A DNA stretch of 46,229 nt. It comes from Oscillatoriaceae cyanobacterium M33_DOE_052 (GTDB lineage Bacteria; Cyanobacteriota; Cyanobacteriia; Cyanobacteriales; Laspinemataceae). The notes under the pieces were generated by a model. That model was not told the DNA's origin. It saw only the letters and a program-made list of their open reading frames with translations, and ran no database searches. Within the stretch, counting starts at the first letter, position 1. Each line of letters begins with the position of its first letter. The position numbers and the translations under genes are program-made. Location: NCBI GenBank assembly GCA_015296065.1, contig DVDU01000250.1, positions 1 to 46,229 of the forward strand. The letters are read 5' to 3'. Positions 46,140 to 46,229 of the stretch are shown here, piece after piece.

Positions 46140-46229
46140 GTTTATGGTAAAAAAAGATGGGGTGTTTTTTTTGTCAACTAACCCCATCTGTAAAAAATGC
46201 TACCTGAATTTTATCACAGTCACCTGAAA

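Overview
This is a 46.2-kb chromosomal segment from a cyanobacterium, probably a filamentous one. HIP1 octamers (GCGATCGC) are abundant, heptamer STRR-type tandem repeats and several small dispersed repeat families are present, and the window encodes a PsbP/CyanoP protein and the ctaCDE cytochrome oxidase operon. It contains the replication-origin neighbourhood, with dnaA and dnaN adjacent on the minus strand and a DnaA-box cluster between them. Housekeeping genes present are eno, argC, rpsN, aat, purH, def, htrA, maf, ctaB-ctaA and ctaCDE. There is also an SbcC/Rad50-like ATPase with a zinc hook, an orphan CheA-CheY hybrid kinase, an isolated gvpF-gvpG gas-vesicle pair, a Uma2-family endonuclease, and an XRE-type (C-protein-like) HTH regulator convergent with a beta-class DNA methyltransferase that has no restriction enzyme nearby. 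Three decayed toxin-antitoxin loci are present: a PIN fragment, an RHH antitoxin followed by a 14-codon PIN remnant, and a DUF433 gene followed by a truncated DUF5615. The most striking gene is an 881-aa homolog of the eukaryotic major vault protein (MVP). It sits alone between def and ctaB, contains HIP1 sites in its coding sequence, and is immediately followed by a tandem array of about 70-nt hairpin repeats. Other items worth a second look are a signal-peptide protein made of about 13 tandem RGSGRVE-type 11-aa repeats, a membrane protein whose 5' half is far more AT-rich than its 3' half, and an adjacent pair of M23/LytM proteins (one degenerate, one catalytic). Repeat families are dense: about 68-bp elements bounded by AGAAACCCGGGTTTCT palindromes, TTGATAA/TTATCAA palindromic heptamer arrays sitting directly upstream of start codons, a nested MITE with GGCACTGCCCACCC terminal inverted repeats, and a GGGCTNNAGCCCAACTAAGAAC motif. 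No tRNA, rRNA, CRISPR array, transposase or integrase was recognised.
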